DNA of 64,000 nt from Bacteroidales bacterium UBA1176 (GTDB taxonomy: Bacteria; Bacteroidota; Bacteroidia; Bacteroidales; WCHB1-69), in contig DBYW01000034.1 of NCBI GenBank assembly GCA_002311645.1, forward strand, positions 146,996-210,995, written 5' to 3'. The notes under the pieces were generated by a model that worked only from the letters and a program-made list of their open reading frames with translations, was not told the DNA's origin and searched no databases. Made by a program: the position numbers and the translations under genes. Position 1 is the first letter of the stretch. Each line of letters begins with the position of its first letter. Positions 9,201 through 16,713 of the stretch are shown here, piece by piece.

Positions 9201-12117
9201 TGGTGGCCACAGGAGCGAGGTTCGGTTTGTTCTGGATATAAGCCTTGGAAGAGGTGTTGGTTTCTGTCCAGTTGGCCTGCACCTGTTCGTCGGGAATCGT
9301 CGGCGTGCCGGTCAGGTCGCTGTATTGACCGCTTGTGGCCACGGGAGCCAAGTTCGGCTTGTTGAGGATCTGGGCCACGCCGCTCGTGGCGTTCCAATCC
9401 GCATTCTGCTGGACGGGCACTTCACTGAGGGTGATATAGCCGGCGTCGTTGTTGAAAGCACTCACGTTGGTCGGCTTGTTGAGAATCTGGGTCACACCGC
9501 TCGTGGCGTTCCAGTCGGCGGGCAACTGGGTCACTTCACCGCTGGTGGTGGGGATTGTATACGTGTGTGAGCCCGAGCCATCCACAACCGTAATAAGGAT
9601 GTTGGAGCCGGCGGCGGTAGCCGTCACCGTCGGGGAGACACCGTCCGCACCAGGGGCACCGTTGGTCACTTCATAGGTGGAGGTGGTGCCATCCGTATAG
9701 GTGATGGTGTAGGTGTCCACTAAACCGACGGTATTCGTCTTGGCGATGGACTGTATGCCGTTACCGGCAGCACCTGTGAGACCGGTAGGACCAATAGGGC
9801 CGGCGGCGCCGTTCGTCACCGTGAAAGTGGAGGTGGTACCATCCGTATAATTAATCGTATAGGTATCGTTCAAACCGCTGCTCACGGGACCGGTGATGCT
9901 TTGGATACCGCGACCATCCGTGCCATTGGTGCCGTTGGTGCCATTGGTACCAGCTGCACCGTTGGTCACCACGAAAGTGGAGGTGGTGCCATCCGTATAG
10001 GTGATTGTATAGGTATCGTTCAGACCACTGCTCACGGGACCAGTGATGCTTTGGATGCCGCGACCATCCGTACCGTTAGTACCATTGGTACCAGGAGCAC
10101 CGTTGGTCACCACGAAGTTGGTGGTGGTGCCGTTGGTATAAGTGATGGTGTAGGTGTCTTCCAAGCCGTTGGTGCCGGTCTTGGCAATGCTCTGGATGCC
10201 GACACCAGCGGCGGCAGCGGTGCCGTCCAAGCCGTTGGTCACCGTGAAGGTGCTGGTGGTATTGTCCGTGTAGTGGATGGTGTAGGTGTCCACATTGGCA
10301 TTACTTTCCGGACCCGTGATAGAGGCGATGCCACGACCGTCATTACCATTCGAGCCACTGGAACCGGCAGGGCCGATAGGGCCTTGCGCACCCTCAGCGC
10401 CGTTATGCAACACAAAAGTGTGAGGACCTGTGGCGTCGGTGATGGTCACCGTGGTGCTGTCGCCAGCACTGACGGTGGTTACCACAGGAGAGAATCCGTC
10501 GTTGCCGTTGGTACCATTGGTACCGTTGGTGCCGGCAGGGCCTTGCGCACCGTTCAGGATGGTGAAAGTATGGGGGCCGTTCACGTCAGTGATGGTCACA
10601 TCCGTACCCGTGGCGGTGGCGGTGGCGGTCACCGTGGGCGATACACCGGGCTGGCCGTCTTGGCCGTTAGTACCGTTGGTACCGGCAGGGCCTTGCGCAC
10701 CGTTCAGGATAGTGAAAGTATGGGGACCGTTGGCATCGGTGATGGTCACATCCGTACCTATGGCGGTGGTGGCGGTGGTCACCGTAGGCGATACACCATC
10801 TTGGCCGTTAGTACCGTTGGTACCGGCGGGACCCTGTGTGCCGTTCAGGATGGTGAAAGTGTGGGGGCCGTTCACATCGGTGATGGTCACATCCGTACCT
10901 GTGGGGGTGGCAGTGGCGGTCACCGTGGGCGACACACCGGGCTGGCCGGGGGCGCCGTCGTTACCGGCGGGACCCTGTGTGCCGTTCGGGATGGTGAACG
11001 TATGGGGACCGTTGGCATCCACGATAGTCACCACAGTACCCGTGGCGTTGGTGGTGGTGGTTACTGTGGGCGACACGCCGGGCTGGCCGGGGGCACCGTC
11101 GTTACCAGGAGCACCGTTTTGCACGTTGAAGGTCGAAACCGTGTTGTCGCTATACATGATGGTGTATTGGTCTGTGAGGCCTGTGGTGACAGGTCCGATG
11201 ATGTTGACGATGCCGCGTCCGGGGGCGCCGGCAGCACCGTCGTTACCGGGAGCACCAGGAGCGCCGGCAGCACCGTCTGCACCATTGTGCACCACAAAAC
11301 TGGATTGGCTGCCGTCGGTGAAATTGATCGTATAGGTGTCGTTCAGGCCGCTGGACACCGGACCAGTGATAGTCAGGATGCCGCGACCATCGATGCCGTT
11401 CACACCGTTCTGGACATTGAATGTGTGGGCGCCGGTGGCATCAGTGATTGTCACTATCGTGCCCGTGGCGTTGGTGGTGGTGGTCACCGTGGGCGACACA
11501 CCGTCCTGACCGTTCGTACCGTTCGTACCATCCGCACCGGCAGGACCTTGCTGCCCCGGAGGGCCTTGCGGACCTGTGGAACCGGCAGGACCGGCAGGAC
11601 CAGCGGGACCTTGCTGGCCGTGGCGCAGGAAATAGGACTGCGTGTTGCCGTTGGGCATGGTCATCACCATAACGTAGCCGCTGTCAGTCGGCGTGATGGC
11701 GAAGGCCGGCACATTGCCCGCATTGCTTGCATACAAAGCATACGGAACGCTCAGCAGCTGCTGCACGCTCTCGATGCTGTAGTTTACACCGCCTGTCGGG
11801 TCAATCTCCGACTTCAAGAAGAAGGGACCGTTGCCCCAGGCGATCTGGGCGAAGTTGTTACTGGACGTGCCGCCGCCCACCTCAACGGTGAGCAAGCCGT
11901 TCACGTTGGTCGTGGCCTGATGAGTCTCCGTATACACGGCTGCACCCGTGGCACTGCCTTGCAAGATGGAGATTCTGACCGAGACATTTTGTTCCGCCAC
12001 CAACTGGTTTTGGCTGTTGCGGACCACTGCCTGATAGCTCATCTTCTGCGGTGCCTGCGCAAACAAGGCAGTGACCGACAGAATCAAAGCAAACAAAAGA
12101 GTAAAGAGCTTTTTCAT
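3289..12117 (-). CDS. Giant 2942-aa secreted fibre/adhesin: collagen-like GXY and beta-repeat stalk, tail-fibre-like repeats, coiled coil, 4 FISUMP (Fib_succ_major) domains with FN3-like spacers
   Basis: Signal peptide, then N-domain AQAPQKMSYQAVVRN...QQLLSVPYALYA. GPAGPAG triplets. Repeats GVSPTVT...GPHTFTILNG, GRGIQSITGPVSSGLNDTYTI, DWNATSGV.QILNKP and LAPVATSGQYSDLTGTP. Four D.NG..Y.TV.IG.QCW...GICP.GWH.P...VRC domains. Confidence 0.9.
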   Translation of the reverse strand: MKKLFTLLFALILSVTALFAQAPQKMSYQAVVRNSQNQLVAEQNVSVRISILQGSATGAAVYTETHQATTNVNGLLTVEVGGGTSSNNFAQIAWGNGPFFLKSEIDPTGGVNYSIESVQQLLSVPYALYASNAGNVPAFAITPTDSGYVMVMTMPNGNTQSYFLRHGQQGPAGPAGPAGSTGPQGPPGQQGPAGADGTNGTNGQDGVSPTVTTTTNATGTIVTITDATGAHTFNVQNGVNGIDGRGILTITGPVSSGLNDTYTINFTDGSQSSFVVHNGADGAAGAPGAPGNDGAAGAPGRGIVNIIGPVTTGLTDQYTIMYSDNTVSTFNVQNGAPGNDGAPGQPGVSPTVTTTTNATGTVVTIVDANGPHTFTIPNGTQGPAGNDGAPGQPGVSPTVTATATPTGTDVTITDVNGPHTFTILNGTQGPAGTNGTNGQDGVSPTVTTATTAIGTDVTITDANGPHTFTILNGAQGPAGTNGTNGQDGQPGVSPTVTATATATGTDVTITDVNGPHTFTILNGAQGPAGTNGTNGTNGNDGFSPVVTTVSAGDSTTVTITDATGPHTFVLHNGAEGAQGPIGPAGSSGSNGNDGRGIASITGPESNANVDTYTIHYTDNTTSTFTVTNGLDGTAAAAGVGIQSIAKTGTNGLEDTYTITYTNGTTTNFVVTNGAPGTNGTNGTDGRGIQSITGPVSSGLNDTYTITYTDGTTSTFVVTNGAAGTNGTNGTNGTDGRGIQSITGPVSSGLNDTYTINYTDGTTSTFTVTNGAAGPIGPTGLTGAAGNGIQSIAKTNTVGLVDTYTITYTDGTTSTYEVTNGAPGADGVSPTVTATAAGSNILITVVDGSGSHTYTIPTTSGEVTQLPADWNATSGVTQILNKPTNVSAFNNDAGYITLSEVPVQQNADWNATSGVAQILNKPNLAPVATSGQYSDLTGTPTIPDEQVQANWTETNTSSKAYIQNKPNLAPVATSGDWSDLTGTPTLAPVATSGQYSDLTGTPTLPTVNDATITIQKNGADVESFTANQATNKTVNITVPTTVAEMTDAAQYAKTTDIPTVNDATITIQKNGTNVESFTANQATNKTVNITVPTTVAEMTDAAQYAKTTDIPTVNDATLTIKQNGTEIGTFTANQATNQEINITPEYQILSISNDTIFLTNGGFVKVNVNWDNVSDKPAFSTMAFSNDYNDLTNKPENLSDFNNDRGFITAADVPAQQQADWNETDSTAVSFIQNKPTIPTIPTDVSAFNNDQGYITALDVPEQVQSDWEETDATSKAYIKRKPDMSQYLTTADMSNYVTKTDDETIGGDKTFTGNTTVTATGSIEVPSVLDNVGTDGALNLSTTTGTGDCEQAVNFCDLQNVYNNILAKFQDLNDQIDDLLDSIKDLNKELNTPKDGEACPTTPTVSDYNGHTYNTVKIGNQCWMKESLRSTAYADGTTIPMYSGSTYKEDKSYAGYYPNNSINVGNQYGYLYNWFAVMRGGTNPTSSNNKPSGVQGICPNGWHVPSYAEWSELETYVNTKYGNYSHELAANNNLWTVGGNSPDNTWNKLGFSGIPLGEINGTGTAGVLEYGEYAAFWSSTLYGSDEPYCPYIASALYADYTSYDYYYGQQVRCVRDEDASTASELPKVNAPKVETIDSTKNVTQNSAWILGGKITDDGDMPIIRCGVIVGTSSSVTWSTKVKESGTSPYSLTLPYTMPGYTITGLTTNTQYYYRAYAINAVDTAYGVAKAFHTVEDGQPCPGLATITDINGNTYNTVMIGSQCWLKENLKVTKAADNTPITYSTPGANASYTGKSYTWEVAMYGASASSANPSGVRGICPVGWHIPSNAEWNELITYAGTGSAKKLAATSGWNTSSTTNTPGNSQGTNNGSGLNFLVYPNYNTSWAYIVSTNTGYSRLQIGYSSTEASVSTGMASSNYGVRCLKDAGTTASSPTLPTVEITNQSASTSPAYQKNITARVTNTGGASISYRRIYYSKTPHPSPSNHIAYGSFADNNAGNFISTTNLEANTTYYFRAAAQNSVGWSYSDEYSFTTPADGGGLKCPGTPTVSDQNGNSYNTVQIGTQCWTAQNLRSTSYPGGGTISKYSPTTYNTSTGYLYTFAASTRNMTSTAGVQGICPTGWHLPSSAEYTTMKNYVSGQTSYQCGGSSTSIAKALASTSANATYGWADNSTNCAPGNTPSTNNATGFNAYPAGYYSGSAQEQTVSTIFRTSDDNRCVLRNDNSEFQIFSGAFATSGYSVRCVKGATPPSVATGTHSDVAFSTATITGTLYTDGVSSTFSASNVTEMGICYAKASETSTPTISNSTKTVTVSSTGSFTASLTGLAQNTTYYYRAYAKNANGTQYGEVKSFSTMKGARVNTYDPYNMATTSCKFKAYCYKNGADSITNYGFYLYKKNGSSWDLVGNFTRTTLGTTTKNGVSANLTEKPSSGTYSGAWYYYTLSGLESGATYKIKAEVRYMLNGQGYWTTYCQNADTTIEKIFTTYANATVSTGTPTWNGTNTSDGASYLFTGTVTNTPNPAVTERGFVMSESANPTITSYFDKKSITNASDAFSWSRGGLRTPNKTWHIRAYVIQDGVARYGNDVTFTTPNTPTMTWSSNSAYQYESPYYYSANVTKNTIKLHTNCSNYGASYLSGLVRRGVIYTTNATLAAKSSPDTIRKYITTNTSQAATKWVKVTASSASDQDFTITGLSPNTTYYIRQFGTNVSNVYDGYSSSYKTITTQINCASGSSSDAARTLKDQSGYTYETVKIGSYCWMKSNMKAVRYDNASSMGSGTTITTKTSGGSSNMSTSSPYKYYPSHNSSYVAGSYNYGYMYNWTAASGNGTTNYPVGSNMTTSQGKTQGVCPRGWHLPTQTELNNLKGFGQDILTGTFNAQYAGRIDGDNGAASGLGSYVYYWSSTTSGTTHAYHLYVGSLSPSVGYFSADYDKAFGCAVRCVQDVTY
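8790..9108 (-). repeat. 159-bp near-identical intragenic tandem repeat (53-aa unit TVNDATITIQKNG...AQYAKTTDIP)
   Basis: GTCTTCGCAT recurs at 8801 and 8960; the duplicated unit is visible in the translation. Confidence 0.85.
9640..11640 (-). repeat. Intragenic collagen-like and beta-module repeat array
   Basis: Alternating GXY stretches and about 35-45-aa modules of two types (GVSPTVT type, GRGI/GIQSI type), repeated more than 10 times. Confidence 0.85.
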
Positions 12118-12216
12118 AACTGTTATTTTTAATTAATAATGATTTTTCAAAAATAAAGTGCCATGCTGATTTTTATATCGCACGACGTCAGACCAAGCTA
12201 TTAATTATTGTATATA

Positions 12217-12702
12217 TTAAAAATTGTGCTTGATCACCTTGAAAGTCTTGAGCAGAGTGCTGCCGTTCATGACACGCAACTGGTAGGTTGCGGTAGGGTA
12301 AATCTCGAGATCCATCTTTGTCTCCATGTCGGTAATCCTGTACTCGTGCAGGAATTTGCCGTTGGCGTCAAAGAGTTGTGCGGTGAGTCCCTCTGCCGGT
12401 ATTTCGTAGTTGGTGATGCGCAGCTGCACGAAATGCTGGGTAGGGTTAGGATAAACGATGGCCTGAAGTGCGATGCCCGGATATTCGTTAATGCCCACAA
12501 CCTGTATCTCGTAGGGCTGTTGCACACCCTCGATGATGAAGTAGGAGCCGTTACTGGCACGCTGCACTGCGATTTGGCCCACCGTATAGGTGGCAGATCC
12601 ACCACTTCCAGAGGCAGTACCGCCCACTGGAACAATGGCGCTTTGGGCAAACATTGCTGTTGCCAAAACACTGAAAAACAGTGTAATAAATAAATTTTTC
12701 AT
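12217..12702 (-). CDS. Small T9SS type A CTD-containing protein, partner upstream of the giant fibre gene
   Basis: Signal peptide; short GG-rich domain GGTASGSGGSATYTVGQ...EGVQQPYEI; CTD IVYPNP...LFDANGK...ATYQLRV...KTFKVIK. Confidence 0.88.
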   Translation of the reverse strand: MKNLFITLFFSVLATAMFAQSAIVPVGGTASGSGGSATYTVGQIAVQRASNGSYFIIEGVQQPYEIQVVGINEYPGIALQAIVYPNPTQHFVQLRITNYEIPAEGLTAQLFDANGKFLHEYRITDMETKMDLEIYPTATYQLRVMNGSTLLKTFKVIKHNF

Positions 12703-12842
12703 TATAGTAGATTTTATTTCAATAAATTATTTTTCTAGTTATACAATTATGTGTGTGCAAAACTAATAAAATTATACAACACGCATGGCTTTTTTTTTCA
12801 AAAAGATATGCACATTTAATTAACAGCGACAAGGAAAAATTG

Positions 12843-12926
12843 TTGATATCAGGACACACCATCCCTCAGAGCTCCCGATCGAGATCTCTGGCGGGGTTCA
12901 AGGCTTCAGGTGTGGATCCTTTCAAG
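12843..12926 (-). ncRNA. Candidate structured RNA, possibly 6S-like (6S-Flavo type)
   Basis: Minus strand AGGATCCACACC-TGAAGCCTTGAACCCCGC-CAGAGATCTC-GATC-GGGAGCTCTG-AGGGAT-GGTGTGTCCT folds as a rod with a central bubble. It contains CCTTGAACC and GGGAG motifs and has no immediate U-tail. Confidence 0.4.
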
Positions 12927-13659
12927 TACCCTTAAGAATGTCGGCTATATGGATGACTTCTATGCCGATTTGGTGGGCCTCCTTGTATGCGTCGATCATT
13001 TGAAGACAGTGGATGTCTGTGGAGGTGACATACTCGGCTCCTTTGCTATAGATGCGTTGCACGATTTCGCCGGTCATTGTTTCGGCAACGGCAGGGTTAG
13101 CGAGGGCAAAGCGTCCGTTGGCGCCGCAACAGCCGTGAAGGTCGGGGTCGAGGAGCAGGTCGAGTCCCATCGTGTTGCGCAACAGAATTTCAGCCGCGTC
13201 GTTTTGGGGATAGAGATTGCGGGCAGAGCACGACTGGAAATAGAACACTCTGTGGGAAAAAGTATTCCCGAGGCTTTCGATATGTTTGACGTTCACGATG
13301 TAGTCGCACATCTCATACACTTGCTGGGTGAAGGAACGCAGTTCCGGCGGGGAGAAGGAGTTTTCGAGCAGCTGCCGGTAATACCGTTTCATATAGCCGG
13401 CGCAGGCGCTGTCGGGCACGATGAACGGGAGTCTGTTTTGCCCGAAGGTGTCGAGCATTTCGATGCCGAGCGCCTTGGCACAATCCATCTCGCCCTCCCA
13501 ATGGAAGCGGCGACCGCAGCAAGTGGGAGTGTCAAAATATTGGCAACGCAGCCCGAGCCGCTCCAGCACGGTCATCACGCTGTACGCGGTGTTCGGCTGG
13601 AACATGTCCATCTGGCAAGGTATGAATACGTTGACTATGTTGCTGCTCTGTTCTTCCAT
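12922..13659 (-). CDS. (Fe-S)-binding protein with two CCG domains (LutA/YkgE-like)
   Basis: FIPCQMD, PTCCG, SACAG, HGCCG and DIHCLQ cysteine motifs. Confidence 0.85.
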   Translation of the reverse strand: MEEQSSNIVNVFIPCQMDMFQPNTAYSVMTVLERLGLRCQYFDTPTCCGRRFHWEGEMDCAKALGIEMLDTFGQNRLPFIVPDSACAGYMKRYYRQLLENSFSPPELRSFTQQVYEMCDYIVNVKHIESLGNTFSHRVFYFQSCSARNLYPQNDAAEILLRNTMGLDLLLDPDLHGCCGANGRFALANPAVAETMTGEIVQRIYSKGAEYVTSTDIHCLQMIDAYKEAHQIGIEVIHIADILKGT

Positions 13660-13671
13660 GAAAAATGATGG

Positions 13672-16431
13672 TTAGTTGCCGCATTTGGAGTAGCCGCACT
13701 TGGTACACACCAAACAACCCTCCTTAAACTCCATGGTGCCGGTTTCGTGGCAGTTGGGGCACTCCTGGTTTTTCATCTTGGTGCCATCCTGAATGAATTT
13801 CTTGAGGGCGCGGCTCACGCCGTTACGCCAGGAGTTGATGCTGTCCTGACGGAAATTGAGGCTGGAGATGATGTTGACAATCTGCTGGACAGGAATGTCG
13901 TTGCGCAGGAGCGCGGACGTCAACTTGGCATAGTTCCAGAACTCCTGGTCGAAGCAGCGGTCGAGACCGCAGAGGCGGACCTCGTAGCCAGCCTTGTCGT
14001 AGTATTTGAAATCGTAGGATTTGGTCCCGTCCTCATGGCGGTTCTTGATGATGATGCCGTGCTCAACCCACTTGGGCAACAGAAAACTCTCGTCACCGGT
14101 CTTGCCCGTGAAGATTTCGTAGGGCTTGCCGTTATAGAGCCCGATGTAGGCCACCCAGTCCTCGCTGTTGTTCTTGAAATGGATGACATCGGCCTGCAGT
14201 TCCTTGGGGCGTTTGAAATTCTTGGGGGTGGGAGTCTGTTCTTTCTCCGTCTTTTTCTTGTCGCTGTTGAGGGATTCAAGCACGCCGTTGCGCGAGCCTT
14301 CGCGATAGACGGTCATGCCCTTGCAGCCCACCTGCCAAGCCTTCATATAGAGATCTGCGACTACCTGTTCGGAGACGTCGGAGGGCAGGTTGACAGTGAC
14401 GGAGATGGAGTGGTCGACCCATTTCTGCACGGAGCCTTGCAGCTCGACTTTCTTGAGATAGTCGGTGTCGGCGGCGGTGGACTTGTAGTATGGGGACTTC
14501 TCCACCAGCTGCTGGATTTCCTTCTCCGACATCGTGGTCATCTGTTCATAGGTGTAGCCGTTGGCTTCGGCCCAGGTGACAAACTTTTGGTGGAAGACGA
14601 GGTACTCTTCGAAGGTGTCGCCCACGACATCCTTGATGACATTTTTCTTGACGTTCATGTCATTGGGGTTGACCTTGCGTCTGCGTTTATAGACCACATT
14701 GAAGGCGGGTTCGAGGCCGGAGGTGGTTTGGGTGCAGATGCTGACGGAGCCGGTGGGGGCGATGGTGAGGAGGGCGATGTTGCGTCGTCCGTAGCGGATC
14801 ATGTCTTCATAGAGTTTGGGGTCGGCTTGGCGGAGGCGTTGCACGAAGGGGTTGCGGCCCTCCTTGATGCAGCTGTAGATGGGGAAAGCGCCGCGCTCGC
14901 GGGCCATGGTCACGGAGGAGCGGTAGGCAGCGAGGGCGAGTTGCTTGTGCACTTCGGTGGAAAAGGCATTCCCTTCATCGGAGCCGTAGCGGATGTTGAG
15001 GGCGGCGAGCATGTCGCCTTCGGCGGTGATGCCCAAGCCTGTGCGGCGGCCCTTGGTGGACTGCCGGCGGATTTTGAGCCACAGCTCGCGCTCCACGCGC
15101 TTCACGCTGTCGCTCTCGGGGTCGCTCTCGATCTTGGCGAGGATTTGGTCGATCTTCTCCAATTCGAGGTCGATGATGTCGTCCATCAGGCGTTGGGCGT
15201 ACTGCACATGTTCCCGGAAGAGGGGCATGTTGAAGTACGCCTTGTCCGTGAATGGATTTTCGACATAGCTGTACAGGTTAATGGCGATGAGACGGCAGCT
15301 GTCGTAGGGACAGAGCGGAATCTCACCGCACGGGTTGGTTGAAACAGTGGTGAATCCCTCGTCGGCGTAGCAGTCGGGCACCGACTCGCGTCGGATGGTG
15401 TCCCAGAACAACACGCCAGGCTCTGCGGATTTCCAGGCGTTGTGGATGATTTTCTTCCACAGCTTCTGGGCGTCGATTTCCTGACGGTACTGCGGGTTGT
15501 CGGAGACGATGGGATATTGCTGGTTATAAGGGGTGTTGTTCTGGACGCTTTTCATGAAGTCGTCGTCAATCTTGACGGAGACGTTGGCGCCGGTGACCTT
15601 GTTTTCCGTCATCTTGGCATCGATGAACTTCTCAGAGTCAGGGTGTTTGATGGAGATGGTGAGCATGAGGGCGCCACGGCGGCCGTCCTGGGCCACCTCG
15701 CGGGTGGAGTTTGAGTAGCGCTCCATGAAGGGCACGACGCCGGTGGAGGTGAGGGCGCAGTTCTGCACATGGCTGCCGGAGGGGCGGATGTCGGACAAGT
15801 CATGTCCCACGCCGCCACGACGTTTCATCAACTGCACCTGCTCTTCATCAAGTTTCATGATGCCGCCGTAAGAGTCGGCACCGCCTTCGTTGCCAATGAC
15901 GAAGCAGTTGGACAGCGAGACCACCTGGTCGGTATTGCCGATGCCGGCCATGGGGCTGCCTTGGGGAATGATGTATTTAAAATGGTCGAACAGGTGGAAG
16001 ATGAGCTCCTCGTCCATGGGGTGCACGTAGCGCTTCTCGATGCGGGCGAACTCGCGGGCCATACGCCTGTGCATGTCCTCCGGCGTGCGCTCCATCAACT
16101 TGCCATTACGGTTCTTCAACGCGTACTTGTCAATCCAGACACCCGCCGCCAACTCGTCGCCCCCGAAGTACTTGACCACCTCCGGGAAGATCTCCTCCTT
16201 TGTGTAGAACGTGGGTTCGAAAACCTTCGTGTCTTGAGATTGTTTTTCTGCCTCGACTTTTTCTTCCACCGGGTCCTGCACCTCTTCCTCGAGCTTGTCG
16301 GACAAGTCCTGCATGGCTTGCACTCGAGACTGCAAGAGGTGGGTTTCATTCTCCATAGTCGTTCGAACATCTTGCATTACCGGAGATTTTTCATCTTCAG
16401 AATTGTCGAAAAGGGATAACTCATTATTCAT
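13672..16431 (-). CDS. nrdJ: Adenosylcobalamin-dependent (class II) ribonucleotide reductase
   Basis: SLSNCFV, RRGGVG, STNPCGEIPL, TIAPTG, KGMTVYREGSR and a C-terminal CPNC...CTKCGYSKC zinc ribbon. ATG at 16431, alternative GTG at 16437. Confidence 0.95.
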   Translation of the reverse strand: MNNELSLFDNSEDEKSPVMQDVRTTMENETHLLQSRVQAMQDLSDKLEEEVQDPVEEKVEAEKQSQDTKVFEPTFYTKEEIFPEVVKYFGGDELAAGVWIDKYALKNRNGKLMERTPEDMHRRMAREFARIEKRYVHPMDEELIFHLFDHFKYIIPQGSPMAGIGNTDQVVSLSNCFVIGNEGGADSYGGIMKLDEEQVQLMKRRGGVGHDLSDIRPSGSHVQNCALTSTGVVPFMERYSNSTREVAQDGRRGALMLTISIKHPDSEKFIDAKMTENKVTGANVSVKIDDDFMKSVQNNTPYNQQYPIVSDNPQYRQEIDAQKLWKKIIHNAWKSAEPGVLFWDTIRRESVPDCYADEGFTTVSTNPCGEIPLCPYDSCRLIAINLYSYVENPFTDKAYFNMPLFREHVQYAQRLMDDIIDLELEKIDQILAKIESDPESDSVKRVERELWLKIRRQSTKGRRTGLGITAEGDMLAALNIRYGSDEGNAFSTEVHKQLALAAYRSSVTMARERGAFPIYSCIKEGRNPFVQRLRQADPKLYEDMIRYGRRNIALLTIAPTGSVSICTQTTSGLEPAFNVVYKRRRKVNPNDMNVKKNVIKDVVGDTFEEYLVFHQKFVTWAEANGYTYEQMTTMSEKEIQQLVEKSPYYKSTAADTDYLKKVELQGSVQKWVDHSISVTVNLPSDVSEQVVADLYMKAWQVGCKGMTVYREGSRNGVLESLNSDKKKTEKEQTPTPKNFKRPKELQADVIHFKNNSEDWVAYIGLYNGKPYEIFTGKTGDESFLLPKWVEHGIIIKNRHEDGTKSYDFKYYDKAGYEVRLCGLDRCFDQEFWNYAKLTSALLRNDIPVQQIVNIISSLNFRQDSINSWRNGVSRALKKFIQDGTKMKNQECPNCHETGTMEFKEGCLVCTKCGYSKCGN

Positions 16432-16713
16432 AGACACGTTAGTTAATGGTATTGCACATCATTGTTTCACCCAAGTCTGCCCGAAAAAGACCTTTTTACG
16501 CAAAACCAAACGTCATGTAAAACACGATTGCTTTGTGTTAAAAAGGGTTACGTCTTCCTTGCGGCTTTTTCTTCAAGGTTGCTAAAATATAAAATTGCCG
16601 CCTTACTTTTTTTGTTCGGCGGCAATTATTATCAACAAAAAGTGGTTGATATTTTTTCTTATTGATAATAAGAGTGTTTGAAAAAAAAATTTTTTTCGGG
16701 GTAAAAATCAGTT

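Noticed and set aside
7960-9540. Prophage
   Set aside because: The tail-fibre-like motifs are internal to a signal-peptide protein; no capsid, terminase or integrase genes are nearby.
9901-12132. Long antisense ORFs (also 4255-5466, 7855-9570, 13747-15342, 31201-33372, 38475-40022, 46853-49138, 54198-56186, 56903-58855)
   Set aside because: They are shadows of codon-biased genes on the opposite strand and carry no recognisable motifs.
13672-16431. Intein or intron in nrdJ
   Set aside because: The reading frame is continuous, with normally spaced motifs and no splicing or homing-endonuclease signatures.
16440-16710. Cobalamin riboswitch or NrdR boxes upstream of nrdJ
   Set aside because: No B12-box or NrdR consensus is recognisable by eye.
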